A DNA stretch of 38,474 bases from Trichomonas gallinae (taxonomy: Eukaryota). The DNA lies in assembly GCA_008369845.1 (NCBI GenBank), contig MRSU01001253.1:1-38474 (forward strand). Direction: 5' to 3'. Shown in pieces: positions 30,401 to 38,474 of this stretch (within the stretch, counting starts at the first letter, position 1; every line of letters begins with the position of its first letter). The position numbers and the translations under genes were made by a program. The notes below the pieces were generated by a model. It ran no database searches. It was given only the letters and a program-made list of their open reading frames with translations, and was not told the origin of the DNA.

Positions 30401-33400
30401 TATCTATTGCCTCAGTTAATTTCATCTGTGAAGGCAAAAGCTGAACTTTCTTACAGATTATTGGAACATTTTGTGCGAAAATATCATACAAAACTTTGAC
30501 AATTTCAGGGTTGATTTGTGGATATTCATCCTTGGCGACATTGAATGCGAGTGATGGCATTGATAATGTGTTGAATCTGTAGTTGCGAATTCTTCCTGTT
30601 TCGAACTGCAAGTTGTCCATTTTGATTGTTGCGACTTTTGCAAGCAAATCAGGTGTAAATGATTCGAGGCAATCTGTTTCAACGATGATATGGAATGTGT
30701 TGTTTGTGAAGCTCCTCTCCATGATGTTCGTCTTGATTGTATTGTTGCTCGCAATCAACTGATACAAAATTTTTGCAAATTTAGGTGTGACTGCTCCATC
30801 GAATCTCAATATTCTATGTTTCGTTTTCTCAAACATTCCCAGCTGGTTGATGCAGTTATGCAATAAGCCGTAATGTTGCTCATACTCTGTTGCTCCCGTT
30901 TGTGGGTCAACTGTTTCTGTTGTCTGACCGAAAACTGTTTCCCACGAATGTGAGTATTGGAATAAATCAACAATCTTAAGCTGAAGGATTCCTTTGTAGT
31001 TGTTAACGATTGCTGGGTTGAAAGTGAATTTGTTGTAGATTTCTTCGAGCAATTTGACAATTAAAGACTTTCCGCTGTTTGGAGGTCCATAGATAACAAT
31101 GCAGTTGTAGTTCATCATCTGCACGACAAGATTGTTGAGTCTTTCAACCAAATAATCAACTGGCAATGAAAGCTTGTTTTCTGCGACATATTCTTTGATT
31201 GTTTCTGAGATAGAATCCCATAGATTTGATCCTGGGAAGTCGAATCTACCGCAAATGTTGACCTTGAATGCTAAGTTGCTCTCGAACATCGGGAAGAATT
31301 TGTACATCGTTTCTAATAACAAATCTTGTTCGTTTGAAGTAATCATTGGATAGAAATAGTAATAAGCAGCCCTGCATATTGAATATTGCTCTGTTAATAC
31401 AGGATTCTCGTAGTAATTTGTGAAATAAACTTTGCAGTTATGCATGAGAGCTCTAAGTATTTGGACGCCTGATGTAATGATCTTGTCTGAGTGCATAAGA
31501 GGAGTATCAACAATGTTGAAAATTGAAGTTGCAGCTTGAAGGAATGATTCAAGGGCTGCTGCTGTTGCGTGTGCTGAATGATATCCAAGAGATATCAATT
31601 TCGTTTCAAGGAATTTCCTAATAATAGGCATTGTTAAAGATACTGGTCTTGAAATCAGCCTCAAGTGCTGCATGAATGACTTGTTGTCATTATCATTAAT
31701 TGTCGCGCTGTAGAAGAAGAATGTATCAGGTTGAATGACGTAATTCGTTTCTCCTAATGTGTATTTGTTTCCTTTAGTTTGTAAAGAGAGCATAATGGTA
31801 TTAACTTGATCGATTGTGTAAGAAAGTTCATCTGATGTCATCAAATTCATCTGAGAGAAATGAAGCCATGCTCCATTTAATATTGTTCCAAGTATTGCCT
31901 TTTGAACGAAAATCCTCGATGTCTTCTCAAAGGCAGGGAAATGGTAAATGAACTGGCCGAAAATTGCTGCGAGTCTGTGAATGAGTTCTGTCTTTCCAAC
32001 AGAATGTTGTCCATAAACAACAGGAACCAAATTCTGGCTCATCGAAGTCAGTATATTTGCCATAGCTGTTTCGATTGGCGGAGTCATTATCATCCATGGA
32101 CATAAGCCCCAGAATTCTGCTCCATGCGTCCACGACAAATCTTTATAATTGATTAAAACGTTCATAGTTGGAGCATCATATCTGAAAACAATGCTGTTCT
32201 CGAAGTCAATCTTCCAGTTTCTAACGCTCGCTCTATCTGAATATAGTATAGCTTTGTCATAGTGATACAACAAAATTGACAAAATCACTGAAATCTTTTG
32301 CGCATCATTTGGAGAAAGTGGATGTGCTAATGTTGCTATGAGTTCTTGGAGTTTCTTCTTTATTTTAGTCGCGTAATGCTGGAAACCTTTAGGATTCGTT
32401 TCTAAGTTGTTGAAGCAGTCTTCAATGTCTCTTGTGTACGAAATGTTTAGCGTAATCATTCCAATATATGTTGAAGCTGTCATCATCCAATCATTCAATG
32501 AGCTTGATGCATATCTTGACAATGATAAAGTGATTGCATCTTTCACAGACTTCTTCATTGAAACGAATAGCTCAGGCAGCCACTCTTCGATTGCTCCGCT
32601 GCAAACAATTGTCTCTGTAAGATTCAAAATGTCACCGTCTTCGCCAGCAATGCCAAAGATTTTTGTGCCAGGGAAGTTACATTCATCTTGGAATGTCGCT
32701 GAGTCTGCGTCAGAAGCATTCAAAGCCTGGGAGTCTAACCTTGTTATGTGCATCATAATCTTTGATAACTCAGTAGTAAACACGCTGAAATCAGTTGTAG
32801 TGAGTAATCTTAGTAATTCATAATTCGACAACAAGTAGAACCTTGGAACAGCCTGGCGCTTCAACTCTAAATAAGAAATAAGTGATGACAAAATCAATTC
32901 TATAGACTGGTTGAAGTCTTTGAATTCTTGGTAGATGTTTGGATAAGAGCAGACTTCGATGATCCTTGTATCTTGGAGAGTGAAAACGCAGATGTCGTGC
33001 CACTTCTTTTCTATGACCTGGAATCTCGCTGTTTGATTTGGCAAAACTTTCTTGACTAGATTCTGCTGGAAGAGAGGATTCAAGACGCACCAGTTTGACT
33101 GGAAAATCTTCCACTCTGTTATGACTCTCATTATTGTATCCATCATATTCGCCAACTCCATGACATTGTTTTTGATTCCAGAGACAAATCTATCATTAAG
33201 CATCTTGTTGAGAGTGATTGCTGAGTCTTCTATTTCCTGTATCAACGTGTCCGTGTTGGCGAGATTGACTTTCTTTGGATCTTGCGATGGATTGTCTGTA
33301 AGAGGAATAGTGATATCCTTCCAGTGTGTTTTGAGTGCTTGAAATGAGTTTTCGATGAAACTTTCTCCTTTCGATTGTGTTGTAATTTCATCTATTCTCT

Positions 33401-36224
33401 TCGTGTTATTCAAAATTCCGAATTTGATTAATTGAGCAATTGTTACATTTTCGTTATATTGATCTTTGTGGCCTACATCTGCAAACAGCTGTTCCCAGTG
33501 TCTAGTATTCATTCTCGCTTGTGAAAGTTTAGTTAAATCATCAACAGTTGGAGCGATTGTTGAATAGTTTACATTGAGCTCGCTGATGATTGGTGAAGCT
33601 TTCTCGTAGATTCTTTTGAGTTCATCAATCAAGCTCTTCAGGTCATTAACATCTGTTTTGAATGTATCCATCGTGATGTGATTAAACGCAACTTCATTGA
33701 CTTGCTGATTAACACCATTCCATTTTCTGACTGTGTTATATAAAGCTTCTGAGAATTTGATGTTTTTCTCTAGAGAGCCAAGATCCTGGAATTCCGAAAA
33801 TCTTTTGTCCAATATTGTCTGGTATCTGTTGCAAGCTTGTATCTGAGGAATCAATTTCTCTGATGCGCGCTTCAGTTTAACTGTATGTGCAAGGAAATCA
33901 TCGAGATTTATCGAATTGACTGTGATTGGAATATTCATCGAACTCGCGTAAAGTTCATCGAGAGAGCGCGAATGTTTCTCTGCGAGACTTTGCACGACAT
34001 ACAAGAATTTGTTGTACTGATCTTGTTGTACTTGAAGTGATTGATTTCTCTGCTCCAGAAACAGCTTGAAAATTCTTGGAAGTGGATTTGCAACTGGTTG
34101 AAAATCTGACTCTTGAAGCAAAACTGTTACTCTTTCGACAAACTTTATTTCTTCGTTTATCTGCGGCATCAGTTTCTCTGTCTTTTGGAGTAACTCGCAG
34201 AAATCTGTATAAATCTCAACAGATGTTGTTTCTACTTTCATCTTTAGCATGTAGTCCTTCAAAGCTCTGTTGACTAAAGCGATTTTCAGCTCCATTAGTT
34301 TTCGAAGCATTTCTTCCAAACTTTTAAGAGATGTGCTTGGAATTGGTCCTAATATATGTCTGAGTTCTTTAGAATCAATGTAAACAGCTCCTTTGACAAC
34401 ACCAGCACGAATTTCTCTGACTCTTAATTCTTCTTCTTTCAGTTTAATGATTATATCTCTAACTCTCTGAAAATCTATGTATGGTTCGTTTTCTGGGTGT
34501 ATCAAGAACTGATCAACTGGTTCATTGTTTGGCCTCATGTCTATCTGCAGCGGGCCCTCGTATTTAGTTTTATCGAGCTTGACAACGTAATTTCTCACGT
34601 CCCATGTTTTTCCTAATTTATAGAGTGGATAAAATTCTTTGAAGATCTGCGCATATGTCTCAGCTTGCAAATAAGAGTCCACCAAAACCTTTTTAACTCT
34701 TTCTAGAATGTTTGCAATTAAATTTGTCGATCTGACAAGTAAAGGAAATTCTGGGGCAAAGTCTAATAACTTTTTGACATCCAATTCACCATTCATCAGG
34801 AAATGCCTTAGATCTGGGTGTCTTAACAACCTAGGAAGATTCTCCAGTGTCTGTAGTGCTTTGTTCATTGTGTTAAAAACAACTTTTAGAAGTTCATCTA
34901 CTGATGGATTAAATGATACTTTTCCTTCATCATTGAAATAAACTTCAGCGACAAAAATTGATGACTGCTCTTGACAAATAATGTTCTGAGCATTGGTGAA
35001 TGACTTATAGCAGCCATTCCTCAATGCCTCCAACATCATGTAGTCAACCATTCTCAAAAAGTTTGCTAGCGATTTTAATTCTAAATTCATTTGATCCGTC
35101 CTTCTTATTCTCTCTGATTCCTTTTTTCTTTCCAAAATCACTAAAGTTCCGATATTCGGATTCTTTCTGCGTATTTCTGCGAATTCTTGGTCTGTGACTT
35201 TAAGCAAAGACTGATCTGACAACATTCCGTAGATTCCGTTTAAAATTGTTGCAGTATCTTGAATAAATGATGTATATTCTTCAACTAATGCTGTAATATT
35301 TTCGTTTGAGATTCGTTCGAATGCGTCGAGTTTGTATTTCTTTGAATATGCGAATTGTAAAAGATATTTTTCGATTATTGAATCCGATTCTTCAACGAGA
35401 GAAGCAAGGGCCACAGAACCACTTGCAAAAGATAAGTTGTAGAATATAGGAAACTTTATAATCTTTTTCATTGTTTCATTGTAGTGTTGTTGAGTGATGA
35501 AATTTTTCCAAACGCGAAATGGCTTCCAAAACAGATATAGTTTGAATGTGTGAAGTTTTCTTACTGATTTGTAGATTGATTCTTCTCTAGCCCAATGATC
35601 CAAAGTTGTTATTTCTGTAGTTCCGTCTGGATAAAAATGAGTGACGCCACTCGCCGACATTGAGAAGTAATTTTTGCCAGTGTCTTTGTATGTGACTTTA
35701 TAAAGCTCATAAGGCGAGAAATCAGGATCACTTGGATCTTTTGTCCACTTTAAGTAAATAAATAAGTGTCCACGGCCATCCTTACGCTTACTAAAGTATG
35801 CAATTGGATCTTCGTCGAAGTCTAGTGATGATTCTTCTATCTTATCTTGTTTATTTGCGATTTCGATAAAATTTTGCGTTGGTTCTGGTAAATCTGATAG
35901 CGGTTTCTTAGTGAGCATCGATGTTATTCCGTGTGTTACTGACTGAATTTTCGAATTTGAGCGTCCTTGCCCAATCCTTGTTGGTTGAATCGGCGATTTT
36001 ACTTTTTTAGAGATTGCTAGTAGCTTAGGATTTGTTGCTTTCATGATTTGATCAGTCAGACCTGAACCAGGATGAACTACACTGAAAGGCGATAATTCTG
36101 TTTCTAATGATGCCGCGTGAAACAGAGATTCGTCTTCTTTCGGCAAACCTGGCGCATTCAGGTTCTGTTTCCTTATCTTTGTTGGTGGAATTTTCAGATC
36201 ATTTTGATCCTCATCACCAATCAT
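24465..36224 (-). CDS. Dynein heavy chain family protein, DNAH6/inner-arm-like tail, degenerate motor (3919 aa)
   Basis: Single 11.8-kb ORF with dynein architecture: tail/linker motifs (RHWEQLF, EWKIFQSNWCVLNPLF, YLELKRQAVPRFYLLSNYELL, GAIEEWL), P-loop remnants (GQHSVGKTE, GPPNSGKS, GDRYSGRN, NSGRVT), a coiled-coil stalk with a PPEAIKECF MTBD-like tip, RRTPLLIDSD (AAA5), GNWLII and NFRLVI (AAA6), and VPENW. Confidence 0.92.
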   Translation of the reverse strand: MIGDEDQNDLKIPPTKIRKQNLNAPGLPKEDESLFHAASLETELSPFSVVHPGSGLTDQIMKATNPKLLAISKKVKSPIQPTRIGQGRSNSKIQSVTHGITSMLTKKPLSDLPEPTQNFIEIANKQDKIEESSLDFDEDPIAYFSKRKDGRGHLFIYLKWTKDPSDPDFSPYELYKVTYKDTGKNYFSMSASGVTHFYPDGTTEITTLDHWAREESIYKSVRKLHTFKLYLFWKPFRVWKNFITQQHYNETMKKIIKFPIFYNLSFASGSVALASLVEESDSIIEKYLLQFAYSKKYKLDAFERISNENITALVEEYTSFIQDTATILNGIYGMLSDQSLLKVTDQEFAEIRRKNPNIGTLVILERKKESERIRRTDQMNLELKSLANFLRMVDYMMLEALRNGCYKSFTNAQNIICQEQSSIFVAEVYFNDEGKVSFNPSVDELLKVVFNTMNKALQTLENLPRLLRHPDLRHFLMNGELDVKKLLDFAPEFPLLVRSTNLIANILERVKKVLVDSYLQAETYAQIFKEFYPLYKLGKTWDVRNYVVKLDKTKYEGPLQIDMRPNNEPVDQFLIHPENEPYIDFQRVRDIIIKLKEEELRVREIRAGVVKGAVYIDSKELRHILGPIPSTSLKSLEEMLRKLMELKIALVNRALKDYMLKMKVETTSVEIYTDFCELLQKTEKLMPQINEEIKFVERVTVLLQESDFQPVANPLPRIFKLFLEQRNQSLQVQQDQYNKFLYVVQSLAEKHSRSLDELYASSMNIPITVNSINLDDFLAHTVKLKRASEKLIPQIQACNRYQTILDKRFSEFQDLGSLEKNIKFSEALYNTVRKWNGVNQQVNEVAFNHITMDTFKTDVNDLKSLIDELKRIYEKASPIISELNVNYSTIAPTVDDLTKLSQARMNTRHWEQLFADVGHKDQYNENVTIAQLIKFGILNNTKRIDEITTQSKGESFIENSFQALKTHWKDITIPLTDNPSQDPKKVNLANTDTLIQEIEDSAITLNKMLNDRFVSGIKNNVMELANMMDTIMRVITEWKIFQSNWCVLNPLFQQNLVKKVLPNQTARFQVIEKKWHDICVFTLQDTRIIEVCSYPNIYQEFKDFNQSIELILSSLISYLELKRQAVPRFYLLSNYELLRLLTTTDFSVFTTELSKIMMHITRLDSQALNASDADSATFQDECNFPGTKIFGIAGEDGDILNLTETIVCSGAIEEWLPELFVSMKKSVKDAITLSLSRYASSSLNDWMMTASTYIGMITLNISYTRDIEDCFNNLETNPKGFQHYATKIKKKLQELIATLAHPLSPNDAQKISVILSILLYHYDKAILYSDRASVRNWKIDFENSIVFRYDAPTMNVLINYKDLSWTHGAEFWGLCPWMIMTPPIETAMANILTSMSQNLVPVVYGQHSVGKTELIHRLAAIFGQFIYHFPAFEKTSRIFVQKAILGTILNGAWLHFSQMNLMTSDELSYTIDQVNTIMLSLQTKGNKYTLGETNYVIQPDTFFFYSATINDNDNKSFMQHLRLISRPVSLTMPIIRKFLETKLISLGYHSAHATAAALESFLQAATSIFNIVDTPLMHSDKIITSGVQILRALMHNCKVYFTNYYENPVLTEQYSICRAAYYYFYPMITSNEQDLLLETMYKFFPMFESNLAFKVNICGRFDFPGSNLWDSISETIKEYVAENKLSLPVDYLVERLNNLVVQMMNYNCIVIYGPPNSGKSLIVKLLEEIYNKFTFNPAIVNNYKGILQLKIVDLFQYSHSWETVFGQTTETVDPQTGATEYEQHYGLLHNCINQLGMFEKTKHRILRFDGAVTPKFAKILYQLIASNNTIKTNIMERSFTNNTFHIIVETDCLESFTPDLLAKVATIKMDNLQFETGRIRNYRFNTLSMPSLAFNVAKDEYPQINPEIVKVLYDIFAQNVPIICKKVQLLPSQMKLTEAIDRICTDIVRYALYTIESAGIDCPDEQKLGHVLGYAFYRLLSSCVENSALEELHALILQQFNITLPQNWDIWALPEVFIESFPTPSLISTQITKDNIGPIDSSDLQLKPIFQKTSDEKVPILPSDVAIVLPQTLPTSSMIYYCLKNNRNFMMYGDRYSGRNHIIRYVLSKFSDVVYIRIRISNFTRSSEILRFIKQETMIMSTTLIKTGVEKRYLIVFDGFTDENLELIELIREMITRRSVCVGSKADAKYIEDMPVKNFIFAISTYNIEKMPVRFTSLFVPVKLNALTDNTKSIMYRKILNTYTVNPDFFNYFNPIAQKVLSHKQLWFALLLAVHSPAKKFESAEEKMTMISFLHFAIYNSLTGTISERKEKINKYINELFEDNELFKTFYEKFQAAPFLCQATYLFTPPDCNYIASYEQIDLEFFKNKLILLMRSSVTDETLFNFCNLDYFISIPGANISLTSSTNSGRVTLLNNVVNYRNYALHDFSQMEYKKEDFLPAFNSAVFDNKIQIICVRLYEGKQCHKRFNILQSIFIDFNFLILFTDEELTNIIKRINHVEEVTHELRYSTIEKIKNLLKTLVRIVVMNDTKEEIHGFVNIEVLYPSKSEICKNYIDEDQVEQLRPIFIEVSELMEKIVPNPTITMFNDFVNEFHSSATGVMSRSMQKNQNVNTTIQFITRLSNDLTIIEDQINETEPILEGMRTKSENLKTAYSSKHDAIDMRRLKLNEEYMFRNKALHEMQLTVEMTEKEMKGQIPYVEERYTEISKITIDDLKPISIIADNPPEAIKECFTVIPTLLGEPGNYEVSGMKLMNSEMFGTLLHDGIDYNKIRGEHLTLINDLLSKECFAMTKLDSLAPVMVSIRKFFEAISKYHQKMDLVIEKKMEMQAMQNEFDNFNADMKRELESIHDIEEQFVDDAKELKAVAQDLDKLEKKMEMLRLRDKNAKDILDGMNPLVENWVNEQKRIGNTNSDDMTGDVILVAIYLSYCACLDSEKREEALNEITNYLNSHEIQTSFQNPLKEVSNRIVAQNKIKVKHELLSHSALVDLEHLFSLRRTPLLIDSDRVIYEALLTSTDCIVVSLYSEVFEQQLSVAAKEGKLLIICDVDKMIYRLTPLTSIVPGHESTLKIINGETIKTAEGFFPILFATAKDEYALDPVLAETFAPIDVQNSSMDVVKNRIVRAIVGCKSPDLLKQYDETNAAELEHQVQTGQREFNLLEIFSKIAKTADSEGAYLSDTESLQPLLESKALYFASVSGSPEGHSVQAKINEITAPLTSEIQRLQTLWMCISRFLPTSSPLLSYRFTDFEGIINECFTKNKNEEQLKGELLNAIIKWISPGVTVKDLFFFLTIFAFHEDDIPWDDLVTIVANISEAPKRKWASDFKIPMTPVMMMKDCSLPEFHGFLTQFINQRYGDVTQILQPFYPEVALAHGGNNSPTIILCPNYDPLPEIFAYAVQRARVDSLECMTMTDKSIDIARNTIKTSMARGNWLIISYVTPSQKTAQLLNTIPDMLVARSLPMNFRLVILCSCIDYLSQRLITMCKKLVPEEIPSSRSIASKILQNQLQHIRNATKIKPTRRLFHAGLLTYISLLIRSFVPPLGFQKSPVLSTNNFNEMFKEITTRYIDRMDTVPLNMVNMRSAIQETVFGGNALSASDRRVVRAILTTIMPSACLDDGFNCLKDYSSSAAYATPGDGPLQQYQNQLTNLPYITTPELMFVPDKCANLLLSLRLSKIFSEPFVKICNAAILPEEEIQKKKEEFIKSLPPKISGSGPEPDTPLKVFWSNEASNLNDLIDKILLDLEKTDLPQNFTDDVVPENWDKNGYSFTKYATILTRRHEMVSQSLSGKELPMQIEAELIARPRDFLCAVAAERGSPVQLSFSERPIDVMCIVGLHGFNCRVQGNVLITTNDIITNLPPVYIMPPVINPGHKTYVISIYDNMNSGDSEYIADIESRTDSTDRAWLLSSAAVFWHVPPQLL

Positions 36225-36262
36225 CGAAAATTTCCAAAAAAAAATCGTTATTTCAAAATCTC

Positions 36263-36270
36263 GTCACTTT
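36263..36270 (-). promoter_or_regulatory. AAAGTGAC (trichomonad M2-type upstream motif) before the dynein gene
   Basis: GTCACTTT on + equals AAAGTGAC on the coding strand, 39 nt upstream of the ATG at 36224. A variant (AAACGTGAC) lies at a similar distance from the 13554 ATG. Confidence 0.5.
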
Positions 36271-36802
36271 TATATTATTTGACATGTTTCTATTTTACAT
36301 GGCAATTGTTAAAATGAATATTTTACGTGTCAGATTAAATTATAGTATTTTTTTTGGACACTATTGCTTAAAACAAATGACTCACTTTTCGAGAAATGAA
36401 ACAACGTGATCACAAGTATTTTAGTTATTATCGTCAAATATAGTCTAAAAGATCACAATATATTATTCATATCATGTAATATAGTTATCACTCCGTTGAC
36501 CATAATTTCAAAAGGTGCGGAAACCTGATCTTCCCATCAGAATCCTTCCAAATTAATGCTATATATACAGTGTAACCATAAGAATCTTAAAATCGAAAAT
36601 TTTAAAAATCTATAAGAGATTCACAGAGTTTGAACAACTTAATTTTAATATATGTTTTTTTGGCAAAAGTCAAATGTAAAGATGTCAAATGTCAATTTTT
36701 TTTTCAAAATTGGGAACGAAAAAAACTTGGTATTTATTTAAATTGTAGTGTAATAAACTGTTTTATGAAAAATAACAGAATCAGTTAAAATTTTTTATTT
36801 CG

Positions 36803-38155
36803 ATGACTGCGATTCCGGAAAATCTGAGGAATTTCGCGGCACTGCAAAGAACATTATCGGAACTAACAGATGAAAACTTCGACTCTACATACAATGATGT
36901 CATAAATTCGCCATTAAACGCACAAAAAGATTTCCAAGAAATCGTTTCGAGAGAACTATTCATCATTATTCCATTAAGACATAAGAGATGGGACATATAC
37001 GTAAAATTTGTTCAAAAATTACTTAAAAACAGCTTATTTAACAAATTAAAATCAATTATAATGCAATTCATCTTTGGCGTTGATGAAGAATGGGAAATTC
37101 ACATTAAAGCATCGAAACTTAAGTTTGGAAGACTTTGTATGCTCTCAGGAATGTATACTCCAAATGAAGCAATTAATTATCTTACAAAAATACCTGTATC
37201 TGCGCAAGGACAATATTTCCTCACTTTTTGTTACTTTGCGCCAGAAGTCTATAAAGCAAACAAAGGAATTTTCGAAAACTTTAGAATCCAAATAGAAAAA
37301 ATGTCAACAAAGGATGAAAAGAAAGTGAAAGCAGTTGATGGACAAAAATTCAAAGCTACACAGTCTGTTGTTCAGGAATATATTAATATTTTTGATGTAC
37401 TTATTGAAAATAACTTTGAAAAGCTATATCCACTTATAACCACCGGATGCAATCTTAATACAGTCGAATTGGACATTTACAACGACGACGTTGAAAATAT
37501 GAAATTAAAATTGACTCAAACATTTAATACAAACAAAAAGATTGATGAAACACCATTCCATCCAGCGATGTTTCTTCATTGGAGAGCGTCATTGTTGGAA
37601 ATGGCTGCATTTTATGGTTCAATCAAATGTTTCAACCATTTACTTACAAGAAATGCAAGAACATCATTCATTGGCATGTTCGCAACAGCAGGAGCCTTCC
37701 CTGACATTCTCAAGCGCGTAGAAGAGCTCAAAGAGCCGTTTGAGTCTTGTTTGAGAATCGCTGGCGCATTTCGCGATTTAAACACTATGGAGTGGCTGAT
37801 GAATAATCACATGGAGGAGCTAAAGTTCGACAAGGAGATAAACTATGTATTGGCAAGAGGCGCCTACACCAACTACTTGCCTATGCTTGATTTCTGCGTT
37901 TCGAATAATGTCGACATTAATTTTTCAGACGAAAACGGTGAAACTGCTTTGCATCTTGCTGTTAAAATGAATAACAAGGAGGCTCTTCAGTTTTTAATAT
38001 CAAGACCGCATTTGCAGTTTAGAAAGAAGAATGTTTACGGATTAAATCCTCACGCAATGACAAAGAACGCTGAAATCCTTAATATCCTTAACACTGCTGA
38101 ACAAAAACGTGCTGATGAAAAGGCTAGACAAAAAGCTAGAGCAGGAAGACCATAA
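36803..38155 (+). CDS. Ankyrin-repeat protein (DUF3447-like, 450 aa)
   Basis: LLEMAAFYGSIKCFNHLL...ATAG block, and a clear ankyrin repeat DINFSDENGETALHLAVKMNNKEALQFLI followed by a partial repeat. Confidence 0.88.
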   Translation: MTAIPENLRNFAALQRTLSELTDENFDSTYNDVINSPLNAQKDFQEIVSRELFIIIPLRHKRWDIYVKFVQKLLKNSLFNKLKSIIMQFIFGVDEEWEIHIKASKLKFGRLCMLSGMYTPNEAINYLTKIPVSAQGQYFLTFCYFAPEVYKANKGIFENFRIQIEKMSTKDEKKVKAVDGQKFKATQSVVQEYINIFDVLIENNFEKLYPLITTGCNLNTVELDIYNDDVENMKLKLTQTFNTNKKIDETPFHPAMFLHWRASLLEMAAFYGSIKCFNHLLTRNARTSFIGMFATAGAFPDILKRVEELKEPFESCLRIAGAFRDLNTMEWLMNNHMEELKFDKEINYVLARGAYTNYLPMLDFCVSNNVDINFSDENGETALHLAVKMNNKEALQFLISRPHLQFRKKNVYGLNPHAMTKNAEILNILNTAEQKRADEKARQKARAGRP

Positions 38156-38474
38156 TTATACTCTTTATATTTTTTATTTTTAATAATGTATTCTAAATTC
38201 TATGAATCTATATATTTTACTTACAATATCAAAAATATAATATATCATTAACTTATAAGCTCATAAAATCAATATTTTGATTGATTCAATATTTTTTTCA
38301 TTCAAAAAGTCTTATTCATTCAATGACAAAATTTCCACCAATAATATAGAGAATTATTTAGCTTATTACCGCTCAAACACTAGAATTTTTTTAATGACAG
38401 TGGAGCAATAACCAGGGATAAAAAGTGAGACCAGGGATTCTCTCAATTTTCATGTAAACCTAAGAAAATTTGTC

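Noticed and set aside
24922..35197. Numerous 60-190-aa antisense or alternative-frame ORFs inside the dynein (and likewise in other long genes)
   Set aside because: Shadow ORFs expected from the codon bias of the real CDS, with no independent motifs.
10399..36224. Idea that the pseudoenzyme-like genes (RasGAP-like, hydrolase, dynein) form a functional cluster
   Set aside because: The families are unrelated, there is no operon logic, and expanded divergent paralogues are expected in this type of genome. Co-location is likely coincidental.

Overview
AT-rich, gene-dense eukaryotic DNA with long uninterrupted genes. The gene mix (BspA/TpLRR surface antigen, two DUF3447-type ankyrin proteins, divergent Hsp70, axonemal-type dynein heavy chain) points to a parabasalid such as Trichomonas vaginalis; this is an inference. 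There are nine intact CDSs. Three look like catalytically dead copies: a DNAH6-like dynein with a degenerate AAA1, a RasGAP-like protein lacking its arginines, and an alpha/beta hydrolase with Ser->Ala and His->Thr. The most unusual region is 6.3-10.3 kb. A fragmented hAT-like transposase (8222-9908) lies between two inverted, homologous, self-folding sequences. One is a 98-nt unbulged hairpin whose mismatches are mostly G-U on the + strand (6354-6451). The other is a 260-nt multibranch fold-back closed by a 36-bp stem (9963-10222). Each is preceded by promoter-like motifs. The window also holds a 199-bp MITE with 16-bp TIRs and a perfect 10-bp target duplication just upstream of the BspA gene, an 11-nt motif (TTTACRTGDCA, 12 copies found by eye, all non-coding), and a 30-48-nt direct repeat bracketing the BspA gene. 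All calls are by eye; no database search or folding program was run.
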